From: Akkermansia muciniphila
GTDB lineage: Bacteria > Verrucomicrobiota > Verrucomicrobiia > Methylacidiphilales > Verrucolacustridaceae
Length of the DNA: 64,000 bases
Reading direction: 5' to 3'
Assembly (NCBI GenBank): GCA_945878585.1
Contig: CAMDXQ010000001.1
Location: forward strand, 11,597 to 75,596
Shown here: positions 9,323-18,379 of the stretch, piece after piece
Layout: the number at the start of each line of letters is the position of its first letter
Position numbering within the stretch: position 1 is the first letter of the stretch
Notes under the pieces: model-generated
What the model saw: only the letters and a program-made list of their open reading frames with translations
Told to the model about the DNA's origin: nothing
Databases searched by the model: none
Program-made: the position numbers and the translations under genes

Positions 9323-10156
9323 ATGGACATGAACCGAAACCTCCTCCTCTCCCTCCTGACAGCTTTCGCCCTCACCTCCTGCCAACAGGCCCCCTCAGGC
9401 TCCGATGCAGAAGACGAACGCAATCCCTTCTTTCGCCAAGCCAGCAAAGATGTGGCCGACCTCAACTACCCAGCGGCCATCAAGCAGTTTGAAAAGGCCA
9501 TCTCCGTCAACCCCTCCGTCGTCAAAGCCTACCTTCAGATTGGACTTCTCTACGGCGACAAACTCGGCGATCCGATCAGTGCGATCTACTTTTACCAAAA
9601 ATATCTCGAAGCACGCCCCAATGCAGCCGAGCGTGAAGAGGTTGTCGCTGCGATGGAGAAAGCAAAAATCGACTTTGCCCTCAGCTTGACGAACACCGGA
9701 ATCCAAAACGCTGCTGAAATCGCCAGGATCAGCAAGGAGAACGTTGACTACAAACAGCAAATCCTCCAGCTGCAAGGGGCCTTAGCGGCCAAGGAAGCCC
9801 AAGTATCACAAGCTGCTGGTGCAGCCACTCCACCAAAAGCCACGGCTGTTGTCCCCGCCTCACCGACTCCCGAGAAAAAGGCTCCAAAAGCCACCCCTGT
9901 AAAAGTCGAAGCGGCCGCCGGTGCTATTCCCTCCGTGCCTGCATCCACACCTCCCGCAGCACCTGCAGAAGCTGCCGCCCCTTCAGCGGAAGCCAAGCAG
10001 CACACCATCGGTAAAGGAGACACCCTCTGGAAACTCGCAAAGAAGTACTACCCTGCTTCCCTCGATCTGAACGAAGAAATCGCCAAGATCAAGGCCGCTA
10101 ACCCGGGCCTCGACGATCGCAACCTTAAGCTCGGCACCGTGCTCACGATTCCATGA
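9323..10156 (+). CDS. TPR + coiled-coil + LysM lipoprotein
   Basis: Lipobox LTSC, two TPRs, coiled coil, Pro/Ala linker, LysM (HTIGKGDTLWKLAKKYY...LKLGTVLTIP); start 9323 or 9329. Confidence 0.85.
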   Translation: MDMNRNLLLSLLTAFALTSCQQAPSGSDAEDERNPFFRQASKDVADLNYPAAIKQFEKAISVNPSVVKAYLQIGLLYGDKLGDPISAIYFYQKYLEARPNAAEREEVVAAMEKAKIDFALSLTNTGIQNAAEIARISKENVDYKQQILQLQGALAAKEAQVSQAAGAATPPKATAVVPASPTPEKKAPKATPVKVEAAAGAIPSVPASTPPAAPAEAAAPSAEAKQHTIGKGDTLWKLAKKYYPASLDLNEEIAKIKAANPGLDDRNLKLGTVLTIP

Positions 10157-10773
10157 GTCGCCTCCGTTCCTCTCCCGACGATCAACAGGACCTTCCCCTC
10201 CCTTCCGGAGGACCTCTTGAAGATCTAAGCTCAGAGCTCCAGCAACGTCAGCACGAGCTGATCCAACTCCAGAGACAACAACAGGACCTGGAGCATCGCA
10301 AACGCCAACTTGAGGAACTCAGCACACGTCGCCAAGAGCTACTCGAAGGCCAGAAGGACATTCGGGATCGATTGCTTCGTGGAGTCATCATTCTGGAACG
10401 AGCAGAAGCCCAGGGACGCAAGGAAGTCGAGCAGATGCACGAGACCCGCCAGGTCTTCAGCGAGCAGCTTTCTCAGATCACAAATATCGATCCTTCCGAA
10501 TGGTCCGCCACCGGAATCGAAGAAGAGCTTTCCAAATCTCTGGCGAAAGTGGATCAGGCTCAAGCCATCTACACCCAATCTCGAGCCAAAATTGATGCCC
10601 TCCGAGGGCGCGATCTTGATCCAACTGCCGACGAGACTGAAGGAACTGCGAGCAATTCCACTGGGAATGTACAGGAGTCGTTCTCGACCAATTTCGTGAG
10701 GGGCCTTGCTTTCAACCTCCCCCTTATCCTCGCTATACTTCTTGGGTTAGCTCTTTTTCACTTCCTGAAATAA
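10153..10773 (+). CDS. Hypothetical coiled-coil protein with C-terminal TM anchor
   Basis: ATGA overlap with LysM gene; Q/E/L heptads; hydrophobic C-terminus. Confidence 0.75.
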   Translation: MSRLRSSPDDQQDLPLPSGGPLEDLSSELQQRQHELIQLQRQQQDLEHRKRQLEELSTRRQELLEGQKDIRDRLLRGVIILERAEAQGRKEVEQMHETRQVFSEQLSQITNIDPSEWSATGIEEELSKSLAKVDQAQAIYTQSRAKIDALRGRDLDPTADETEGTASNSTGNVQESFSTNFVRGLAFNLPLILAILLGLALFHFLK

Positions 10774-10865
10774 TCTCAATCGAGGGATCGGTTTGTTCGC
10801 AAACATTGGGGAATATTTGATTCCTAGGTCTTGCCATATCTCATATTTCTTTCTCAAATCGCTAG

Positions 10866-11147
10866 GTGAATCTGCCTGGCCTAAAACGCGACCCCATCCG
10901 TGAGGAGATGCGGAGGATCAATCGTGAGTCTTCACGCCTTGGACACACCTCCCGCCGTCTTGTCGAGGAGGCTTCCATGGTTTCCTCAGGCCGACATCAG
11001 GCGATCCGTGCCGTCTCCCCCACCTCACAGGTGAAACAGACCCCTACACTCCTCATCGAAAGTCGGATGGCACGTCGCAAAGTCATCATCGCAGCAACGA
11101 TCTCCTTGCTCTTGGCCTGGATTCTCTTCCGTCTTGTCGCGGGATAA
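10866..11147 (+). CDS. Small hypothetical protein with C-terminal TM helix
   Basis: 93 aa ORF filling the gap before rplQ; basic residues followed by hydrophobic tail. Confidence 0.6.
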   Translation: MNLPGLKRDPIREEMRRINRESSRLGHTSRRLVEEASMVSSGRHQAIRAVSPTSQVKQTPTLLIESRMARRKVIIAATISLLLAWILFRLVAG

Positions 11148-11165
11148 CCCGCAAACCCCTGCCGA

Positions 11166-11627
11166 TTACTTCTTCTTTTCGGATTTAGTAGGCTTGGCAG
11201 GCTTAACAGCTTTTGCGTCCTTGGCTTTGCCCTTGGCAGAGTCACCTACGGGATCTTCCACCACGGGGGCTGGCCGAACAACCCACTCGAGGAGTGCGGT
11301 CGGAGCTGCATCACCCTGACGATAACCTAAGCGTAGAATCCTGGTGTAACCACCTGCGCGGTCTTTGAACCGGGGGGCGATTTCAGCAAACAGCTTGTGC
11401 ACCAGATCAGTTTCATGAAGAGCCGAAATCGCCTGACGACGATGATGGAGAGTCCCCTTCTTTCCGAGGGTTACCAATTTTTCCGCCACAGGACGTGCTG
11501 CTTTTGCCCTAGAAACCGTCGTCCGCACCCTCTCATGCCGAATCAGCGAACCGACCAGATTGGCCAGCATGCTGTCCCGGTGTTGGGACGTCCGACCTAA
11601 TTTGGTCGTGTTTTGACGGTGTCTCAT
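11166..11627 (-). CDS. rplQ: 50S ribosomal protein L17
   Basis: MRHR...KLGRTSQHR, GGYTRILRLG. Confidence 0.98.
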   Translation of the reverse strand: MRHRQNTTKLGRTSQHRDSMLANLVGSLIRHERVRTTVSRAKAARPVAEKLVTLGKKGTLHHRRQAISALHETDLVHKLFAEIAPRFKDRAGGYTRILRLGYRQGDAAPTALLEWVVRPAPVVEDPVGDSAKGKAKDAKAVKPAKPTKSEKKK

Positions 11628-12655
11628 GCCTGACCATTCGTCCCGGAGGCTTCAACCGGAGCAACAGGGATCGTCAACATCGAGGCATCAAACTTCATTC
11701 CCAAGGAGAGTCCGAGGGAGGTGAGCTTGTCTTTGATTTCGTTAAGCGATTTTTTCCCAAAGTTTCTGTACTTCAGCATCTCAGGCTCGGATTTCAATGC
11801 CAACATACCGACAGTGGTAATGTTCGCGTTGTTCAAGCAATTCGCCGCGCGGACCGAGAGTTCAATCTCGTTCACGCTCATAGCCAATAGTTTCTTCAAC
11901 GCAGTGTTTTCCACTGGGGCTTCAAACTTCACTTCCTCAAACTCGATCGGCTCCTTATCAAAGTTCGCGAAGATGTCGAGGTGATGGCGCAGAATGCCAG
12001 CGGAGTGCAATAGAGCCTCGTCTGGGGTCAAACGACCATCGGTCCACACATCGAGAACGAGCTTGTCGTAATCGGTTCGCTGACCGACTCGGGTGTTCTT
12101 CACCTCGTACTTCACCTTCGTGACTGGTGAGAACAGAGAGTCCACAGGAATCAAGCCAATCGGGGAATCCTCACGCTTGTTATCTTCCCAAGTCGCGTAA
12201 CCACGACCGACTCGAACTTCAAATTCAGCTTCAAATTTAGCCTTCTTGTCCAGCGTGCAGATCACTTCTTTCGGGTTCAGAACCTCGATCCCAGCATCCA
12301 ATTCGATATCGGAAGCGGTCACAGGGCCCTCTTTGTTCACTTTTAGGGTCAACAATCTTGGCTCACGATTGGGCAACTTGAATTTCAACTTTTTCAGGTT
12401 GAGAACGATTTCCGTAATATCCTCTACGACGTGTTCGATGGTGCTGAATTCGTGCTGAACTCCGGCAATCTTTACGCTGGTAATGGCCGCACCTTCGAGG
12501 GAGCTCAGGAGAACCCGGCGGAGAGAGTTTCCTAGAGTAGTTCCATACCCTGCTTCAAAAGGTTCAGCGGTAAATTGAGCATACGTCTCCGTTGCAGTAT
12601 CTTCATTCTTTTGGAGCCTGTTAGGCAGTTCAAATCGTCCTAGTCGTAGTGGCAT
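11624..12655 (-). CDS. rpoA: RNA polymerase alpha subunit
   Basis: GYGTTLGNSLRRVLLSSL, ELSVRAANCL, RNFGKKSLNEI. Confidence 0.99.
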   Translation of the reverse strand: MPLRLGRFELPNRLQKNEDTATETYAQFTAEPFEAGYGTTLGNSLRRVLLSSLEGAAITSVKIAGVQHEFSTIEHVVEDITEIVLNLKKLKFKLPNREPRLLTLKVNKEGPVTASDIELDAGIEVLNPKEVICTLDKKAKFEAEFEVRVGRGYATWEDNKREDSPIGLIPVDSLFSPVTKVKYEVKNTRVGQRTDYDKLVLDVWTDGRLTPDEALLHSAGILRHHLDIFANFDKEPIEFEEVKFEAPVENTALKKLLAMSVNEIELSVRAANCLNNANITTVGMLALKSEPEMLKYRNFGKKSLNEIKDKLTSLGLSLGMKFDASMLTIPVAPVEASGTNGQA

Positions 12656-12672
12656 AGTCTTTTCTCTCTTTC

Positions 12673-12765
12673 CGGCCGGGTTTCCCCTCCCCCGCTACCT
12701 GGGAAAGGGACCAACGGCCGATTCTGTTCTTCTTTTTGTTTTCATCGCCGGTAGCAGGCGATGAA
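12673..12765 (-). ncRNA. Candidate structured cis-regulatory RNA (two hairpins with complementary loops) between rpsD and rpoA
   Basis: UUCAUCGCC-UGCUACC-GGCGAUGAA and UCCCUUUCCC-AGGUAGC-GGGGGAGGGG closed by CGGCCG/CGGCCG; loops share GCUACC/GGUAGC complementarity. Confidence 0.55.
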
Positions 12766-12770
12766 GTTTT

Positions 12771-13382
12771 TTACGACCTCGAGTATAGCTCGACGACCAA
12801 CTGCTCGTTGGCCACCGGATTGAGCTCTTCGCGTGTCGGAATTCTGGTCAAAGTGCCTTTAAACTGATCCTTGTTCAGGGTCAGCCAATCCGGCACGGGT
12901 CGAATCTGGGTCTTTTCGAGCGCATTCGTTCCAAGTTGGCGGGACTTTGGATTGTCGCGTACTTCAACTACATCCCCAACTCGGCATCCGTAGCTCGGAA
13001 TCGAAACCTTGCGCCCGTTGACTGCAATATGTCCGTGAGAAACCATTTGCCTTGCGCTTCTGCGAGTGGAAGCAAAACCCAAATGATCGACGACCGTATC
13101 CAAACGGGTTTCCAAAAGTTGAAGGAGTTTTTCACCTGTCACACCGCGGCTCTGGACCGCTTTTTGATAGTACCGGCGGAACTGCTTTTCCAAAATTCCA
13201 TATCCGTACTTCATCTTCTGTTTTTCACCCACAGCGATGGCAAAATCAGACTGCTTCCTGCGACCCTTCGCTCCGTGAACTCCGGGAGGAAAGTTCCGAC
13301 GTTCCAGTGCCTTCGAAGGCCCGAAGATCGGTTGACCAAAGCGACGGTTAATCTTATCCCGTGATCCTGTATAACGTGCCAT
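12771..13382 (-). CDS. rpsD: 30S ribosomal protein S4
   Basis: MARYTG, LETRLD, ARQMVSHGHI, LVVELYSR. Confidence 0.98.
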   Translation of the reverse strand: MARYTGSRDKINRRFGQPIFGPSKALERRNFPPGVHGAKGRRKQSDFAIAVGEKQKMKYGYGILEKQFRRYYQKAVQSRGVTGEKLLQLLETRLDTVVDHLGFASTRRSARQMVSHGHIAVNGRKVSIPSYGCRVGDVVEVRDNPKSRQLGTNALEKTQIRPVPDWLTLNKDQFKGTLTRIPTREELNPVANEQLVVELYSRS

Positions 13383-13394
13383 AAAATTTTCTCC

Positions 13395-13976
13395 TTATAC
13401 CCGGCGCGCTTTGCGCATCCGACATCCGTTGTGAGGAACGGGAGTCACATCCCGAATAATGCTGACTTCCAAACCAACTGCTTGAAGGGCTCGGACAGCG
13501 GATTCACGTCCCATGCCAGGACCCTTCACCCGCACTTCTACTTCTTTCAAACCGTGAGCCATGGCCTGACGACTCGCATCTTGTGCCACCACTTGGGCCA
13601 CATACGCGGTCGACTTCTTGGAGCCACGGAATCCCATTTTCCCCGCACTCGACCAAGCGATCACATTCCCCTTGAGGTCGGTGATCGAAACAACCGTATT
13701 ATTAAAAGTCGCCAAAATGTGAGCCACCCCATTTTGAATCTGTTTGGCTCCCTTGATCTTCGGAATCTTGATCTTCGACGCGTCTTCCAAACCATCCAGC
13801 GTCAGACTTTCCGGAGCTAAAATCACTTCTTCCTTCTTGCCCCCATCCTTCCCACCTGCTGCGGGTTTACCTCCCTTAGCCTTCTTCGTCTTGCCGCCTT
13901 CTGGTGCGGGAGACTTGACCTTGGCTTCAGGCTTCGCAGCCGTCTTCTCTTCAGGTTTTTTTTCGTTCTCGCTCAT
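13395..13976 (-). CDS. rpsK: 30S ribosomal protein S11 with ~70-aa N-terminal extension
   Basis: [26 protein letters not shown]. Confidence 0.97.
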   Translation of the reverse strand: MSENEKKPEEKTAAKPEAKVKSPAPEGGKTKKAKGGKPAAGGKDGGKKEEVILAPESLTLDGLEDASKIKIPKIKGAKQIQNGVAHILATFNNTVVSITDLKGNVIAWSSAGKMGFRGSKKSTAYVAQVVAQDASRQAMAHGLKEVEVRVKGPGMGRESAVRALQAVGLEVSIIRDVTPVPHNGCRMRKARRV

Positions 13977-13981
13977 ACGAT

Positions 13982-14377
13982 TTATGTCTTCGCCGCTTTG
14001 GCGTCCTTACTGCGGATGACACCCACCGTCTTGCGGGGCCCTTTACGGGTGCGTGCATTGGTCGACGTACGCTGACCGCGAACTGGCAAACCTTTGCGAT
14101 GCCGAATCCCACGATAACAGTTGATCGTCTGCAAACGCTTCAGATTTTGCTGAGTGTCCCGTCGCAAATCTCCTTCGATCAAAAATCGATTCCGTTGAAT
14201 CACCCCGATGATCCGGTTGATCTGCTGATCGGTCAGGTCCTTCGCCCGTAAATCCGCAGGAATTTCCGCTTCTTCGATCACCTGGCGCGCACGAGTTGCA
14301 CCCAAACCATAAACATAGCGGAGACTAAATTCAGCTCTCTTCTCCCCGGGAATATCCACACCTAATACACGCGGCAT
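13982..14377 (-). CDS. rpsM: 30S ribosomal protein S13
   Basis: [18 protein letters not shown]. Confidence 0.98.
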   Translation of the reverse strand: MPRVLGVDIPGEKRAEFSLRYVYGLGATRARQVIEEAEIPADLRAKDLTDQQINRIIGVIQRNRFLIEGDLRRDTQQNLKRLQTINCYRGIRHRKGLPVRGQRTSTNARTRKGPRKTVGVIRSKDAKAAKT

Positions 14378-14381
14378 ATGT

Positions 14382-14498
14382 TTATCCCTGCCTCTGTTTC
14401 AAACGTGGGTTCTTTTTGTTGATGATATAGATACGCCCACGACGCCGGACAACTTGACAGTCGCTGGTGCGACGTTTGATGGATGCTCGTACTCTCAT
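14382..14498 (-). CDS. rpmJ: 50S ribosomal protein L36 (38 aa; not in ORF track)
   Basis: Hand translation [38 protein letters not shown]; canonical position upstream of rpsM. Confidence 0.96.
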   Translation of the reverse strand: MRVRASIKRRTSDCQVVRRRGRIYIINKKNPRLKQRQG

Positions 14499-14514
14499 AA
14501 ATAAATAGTTCAAA

Positions 14515-14543
14515 ATCCTATCGAAAAGCGAGGATCTTGGCAA
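14515..14543 (-). promoter_or_regulatory. Putative sigma70 promoter of rpmJ-rpsM-rpsK-rpsD-rpoA-rplQ
   Basis: TTGCCA-17nt-TAGGAT upstream of rpmJ. Confidence 0.65.
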
Positions 14544-14591
14544 GAGCCTTTCTCTCAAAGATATCGGTATTTTTCATCCCTCTCCTGCTGA

Positions 14592-15386
14592 CTATAACTT
14601 CGTAGACTGCACCGCCGAAGCACAACTCCCTGATGTGGATTGAGTTAAGATCTCAGCTTCTCCATCTGTAATCAAAACCACGTGCTCGAAATGAGCAGAA
14701 TCCCTCCGATCAGCCGTTACCGCCGTCCATCCATCCTTCAAAATTCTGACCTCCTCTGTCCCCTCATTCACCATTGGTTCAATCGCCAAAGTCATTCCAG
14801 GACGCAGAACAGGACCTGAATTCGGTTTTCCAAAATTGGGAATCTGTGGCTCCTCATGCAACTTCCTCCCGACGCCGTGTCCAACGAACTCTTTCACGAC
14901 GCTATAACCGGAAGCTTTCACGGTACGCTCAATAGCATGACAGATCTCCCCCAATTTACTCCCACCACGGGCTGCAGCGATCCCTGCCATCAAAGATGCC
15001 TCGGTTCTCTCCAGAAGTCTCTGTCTCGATGGAGAAATGGCTCCCAATCCTACGGTCGTAGCCGTGTCCCCTACCCAACTGTCCAAAACAATACCCACGT
15101 CCAACTTTACTACATCCCCATACGCCAGCCTTCTCGAACCCCCGATTCCATGAACCACTTCTTCATTCACCGAGATGCAGAGCTGACCTGGAAATTTTCT
15201 GTACCCAAGAAAGGCGCTGCGCGCTCCTGCTTTTGCAATTAACTCCCCTGCCCATCGATCTACATCCCCTGTGGTGAGACCAGGCTCCAATCGGGTGACC
15301 AACTCATCTAGAACTTTCCTAGCTAAACGACAACTCGCCCGCATCCCGGCAATACCGGTAGCGTCTTTAATCGGAATGATCGGCAT
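14592..15386 (-). CDS. map: Methionine aminopeptidase type I
   Basis: CISVNEEVVHGI, GHGVG..LHEEPQIPN, AIEPMVN, AHFEHVV; start at ATG 15386. Confidence 0.96.
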   Translation of the reverse strand: MPIIPIKDATGIAGMRASCRLARKVLDELVTRLEPGLTTGDVDRWAGELIAKAGARSAFLGYRKFPGQLCISVNEEVVHGIGGSRRLAYGDVVKLDVGIVLDSWVGDTATTVGLGAISPSRQRLLERTEASLMAGIAAARGGSKLGEICHAIERTVKASGYSVVKEFVGHGVGRKLHEEPQIPNFGKPNSGPVLRPGMTLAIEPMVNEGTEEVRILKDGWTAVTADRRDSAHFEHVVLITDGEAEILTQSTSGSCASAVQSTKL

Positions 15387-15399
15387 GGCCCCCGGGGCC

Positions 15400-16893
15400 T
15401 TAACGAAGAGAAAGGATGACACCACCCAAAGCGATCAATGCAATCAGGACCAACAACCATGCAATCTGCCTCTCTGAAATTGTCTGCGCCGTTCCACCGG
15501 TCGCTCCCACACTGCGCCCCTTGATACGCCCCTTCTTCAAGAAGCCATCGTAATGCCTTTGCAAGAGATAGGTCTCCGCCTGACGCATCGTATCCAACAT
15601 CACTCCGACGATGATCAAGAGTCCCGTGCCGCCGAAAAATTGAGCCGTAATACTAGGTACTCCCAAGAAGTTCTGAACCAACATCGGAAGCACTGCCAAA
15701 GCCGTGAGGAAAATTGCGCCCGCAAAAGTCAGTCGTGTCATCGCGTAGTCCAGAAACTGCGCAGTTGTTTCTCCAGGACGAACCCCGGGAATAAAACCAC
15801 CGTGTCTCTTCATGTCATCAGCGATCTGAATCGGATTAAAAACCATGGCGACCCAAAAATAGGAGAAGAAAAAGATCATCCCGGCATAAAGAACGTAATG
15901 AAGAGTTCCCGTCGCAAGAGCTGCGGCGATCCTGTTTGCGGTGGGTGATCCGGGGAAAAGAAATCCAATAATGCTGGCGGGAAAGAGAAGAATCGCATTC
16001 GCGAAAATGATCGGCATGACACCCGCGTAGTTCACTTTCAAAGGCAAAAAGGAGGTTTGCCCCCCGTATACACGATTTCCGCGAACCTGCTTGGCATACT
16101 GAACACTTACTTTTCTCAAGGCTTGTGTCAGAGCGATTGTCGATGCAATCACGACGAAAAGAAACGCCAGCAAAAGAAATAGAATGAATGGACTGATCGG
16201 TTCACGACCGCTTCCTGCTGGAGGAACAAACACCTGCCAACCTGCAACCAAAGCAGCAGGCAACCGGGCCACAATACCGATAGTGATGATCAGGGAAATA
16301 CCGTTCCCAATTCCCTTTTCGGTCACTTGTTCGCCGATCCACATCAAAAGCATCGTTCCTGCGGTCAGGGTGATCACTGTGATTGCCCGAAATGCAATGC
16401 CAGGTTCAGGCACCAGGGGTCCTAAACGCTGAATCACTTGATCAATTCCTGAGAAAATTGGGATCTGGGATGGGTTTTCAAAACTGGTGGCGAGTAAATA
16501 CCCCTGAACCACACAAAGGATCAACGTCCCTAAGCGGGTGTACTGGGTGATTTTCTGCCGTCCCCCCTCTTCCCGAACCAACTTACCCAAGGAAGGAATA
16601 ACCCCCGTGGCCAACTGCATGACAATACTTGCACTGATGTAAGGCATGATCGTCAGGGAGAAAATCGCGCAATTTTCAAGCGCCCCGCCGCTGAAAAGAT
16701 TAAAGAGCCCAATGACGCTACCTTGATCCTGCTGGTCCACCACTTGGCGGAAAAATTCCCCCAAAACCAAAGGGTTGATGCCGGGGCACGGGATCGAGGC
16801 CCCGATCCGAACGACCACTATCAAGGCGAGGGTGAAGATAATCCGATGACGGAGCTCCGGAATCTTGAAGCAGTTGAAAAGGGCGTGAAGCAT
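15400..16893 (-). CDS. secY: Preprotein translocase SecY, with an extra C-terminal hydrophobic helix
   Basis: IMPYISASIV, GIGNGISLII, AGVMPIIFA, FIPGVRPG, GGTGLLIIVGV. Confidence 0.99.
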   Translation of the reverse strand: MLHALFNCFKIPELRHRIIFTLALIVVVRIGASIPCPGINPLVLGEFFRQVVDQQDQGSVIGLFNLFSGGALENCAIFSLTIMPYISASIVMQLATGVIPSLGKLVREEGGRQKITQYTRLGTLILCVVQGYLLATSFENPSQIPIFSGIDQVIQRLGPLVPEPGIAFRAITVITLTAGTMLLMWIGEQVTEKGIGNGISLIITIGIVARLPAALVAGWQVFVPPAGSGREPISPFILFLLLAFLFVVIASTIALTQALRKVSVQYAKQVRGNRVYGGQTSFLPLKVNYAGVMPIIFANAILLFPASIIGFLFPGSPTANRIAAALATGTLHYVLYAGMIFFFSYFWVAMVFNPIQIADDMKRHGGFIPGVRPGETTAQFLDYAMTRLTFAGAIFLTALAVLPMLVQNFLGVPSITAQFFGGTGLLIIVGVMLDTMRQAETYLLQRHYDGFLKKGRIKGRSVGATGGTAQTISERQIAWLLVLIALIALGGVILSLR

Positions 16894-16915
16894 GGCCCGA
16901 AAAACCCTTGTGGGG

Positions 16916-17362
16916 TTAGCGCTTCAGCAGGGTGATTTTTGCCCCCGCCGCCTCGAGTGCGCTCTTGGCCGAACCACTTGCCGCATGCACTTCAAGAATG
17001 AGATTTTTTGGTTTCAACTTACCACCACCGAGAATCTTGATGCCCGCCCACTCGCCTTTAACGAGTCCGACCTGACGCAAACTGACTTCGTCCACTTTTG
17101 CTCCATCGGAGAAAAGATCCAAGCTGTTCAGATTGACGGGAGCGAAACGCTGGGTGAATACCGCGTTGTTAAATCCTCGTTTTGGAATTCTTCGGATCAA
17201 AGGCATCTGTCCACCTTCAAACCCCAAACGCAGACTCCCTCCCGAGCGGGCTTTCTGTCCTTTATGACCCTTCCCTGAAGTCTTGCCTTTTCCAGAGCTT
17301 TCTCCGGAACCGAGCCGCTTCCGACGATGACGAGCCCCTGGGCGTGGAACGGTAGTACTCAT
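16916..17362 (-). CDS. rplO: 50S ribosomal protein L15
   Basis: [30 protein letters not shown]. Confidence 0.97.
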   Translation of the reverse strand: MSTTVPRPGARHRRKRLGSGESSGKGKTSGKGHKGQKARSGGSLRLGFEGGQMPLIRRIPKRGFNNAVFTQRFAPVNLNSLDLFSDGAKVDEVSLRQVGLVKGEWAGIKILGGGKLKPKNLILEVHAASGSAKSALEAAGAKITLLKR

Positions 17363-17991
17363 GAAGCCACCTCTGCTGCAACCGCTTTGGGAGCACGTTT
17401 CTTGCCACGCAATTCAAGGATTTGAGTCCGAGTACGGAGTTTGGAAAGTGCATCCACGGTCGCCTTGACGACGTTCGCTGCATTGCTCGATCCCATCGAC
17501 TTTGCCAACACATCCTTCACCCCGGCTGCTTCCAGAACGGAGCGAACTCCGCCCCCTGCAATCAATCCGGTTCCCAAGGAGGCTGGACGCAGAAGCACCC
17601 TGCCGCCGCCAAATGCACCGTTCACCTCATGCGGCAATGTGCTGGGTCCAATGTTGTAGGAATAAAGGTTCTTCTTCGCGTTTTCCGTCCCCTTCCGGAT
17701 CGCTTCGGCCACTTCACGAGCTTTCCCAAAACCAACGCCAACTTTCCCCTTCTTGTCACCAACGACCAACAGAGCACTGAAGCTAAAACGACGCCCACCT
17801 TTCACGACTTTGGCGCAACGATTCACAAAAACGACTTTTTCAAACATGTCGGACGGAGTCCGGGTCCGCTCCCGACGATTATTCGTCGGTTCCGACTTCG
17901 GAATAAATTCAGACGTCTTGGAAAACGCCTTCTCAGATCCTGCTTCCAGGGGAAGACTTGGATCGGTTTCAACAGGGGGGACTGCGCTCAT
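17359..17991 (-). CDS. rpsE: 30S ribosomal protein S5 (N-terminal extension)
   Basis: [27 protein letters not shown]. Confidence 0.97.
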   Translation of the reverse strand: MSAVPPVETDPSLPLEAGSEKAFSKTSEFIPKSEPTNNRRERTRTPSDMFEKVVFVNRCAKVVKGGRRFSFSALLVVGDKKGKVGVGFGKAREVAEAIRKGTENAKKNLYSYNIGPSTLPHEVNGAFGGGRVLLRPASLGTGLIAGGGVRSVLEAAGVKDVLAKSMGSSNAANVVKATVDALSKLRTRTQILELRGKKRAPKAVAAEVAS

Positions 17992-18004
17992 TCCATATAC
18001 CTCT

Positions 18005-18370
18005 TTAGAATTTCAAACCAGCTTGCCGAGCCGCCTCGGCAAAGGCTTTCACTTTACCATGATACAAGAAGCCGCCCCGGTCAAAAACCACGGCGGAAAT
18101 TCCTTTTTTCGAAGCTCGTTGAGCCACCTCTTGGCCCATTTTGGCTGCACCCGCTACGTTTGCACGGATGCCCTTTTTCAATGATTCCTCTAATGTGGAA
18201 ACTGCGGCCAAGGTTTTTCCAGCAGCATCATCAATGACCTGCGCGTAAATATTTTTCCCGCTAAAAGAAATACACAGACGGGGCTTGGCTGCATCTCCAC
18301 GAAGGCGCAACCGAATCCGCTTATGGATCCTGACCCGACGTTCGCGACGTAATTTGGATGGATTAGGCAT
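18005..18370 (-). CDS. rplR: 50S ribosomal protein L18
   Basis: [23 protein letters not shown]. Confidence 0.98.
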   Translation of the reverse strand: MPNPSKLRRERRVRIHKRIRLRLRGDAAKPRLCISFSGKNIYAQVIDDAAGKTLAAVSTLEESLKKGIRANVAGAAKMGQEVAQRASKKGISAVVFDRGGFLYHGKVKAFAEAARQAGLKF

Positions 18371-18379
18371 AAAGAGTAA

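Noticed and set aside
12741-12770. Intrinsic terminator after rpsD
   Set aside because: On the mRNA strand the hairpin is followed by an A-rich tract, not a U tract; treated as part of the kissing-loop candidate
17340-17380. Possible frameshift in the rplO 5' end (an LHE-like peptide in another frame)
   Set aside because: An in-frame ATG overlapping the rpsE stop gives a near-normal-length L15
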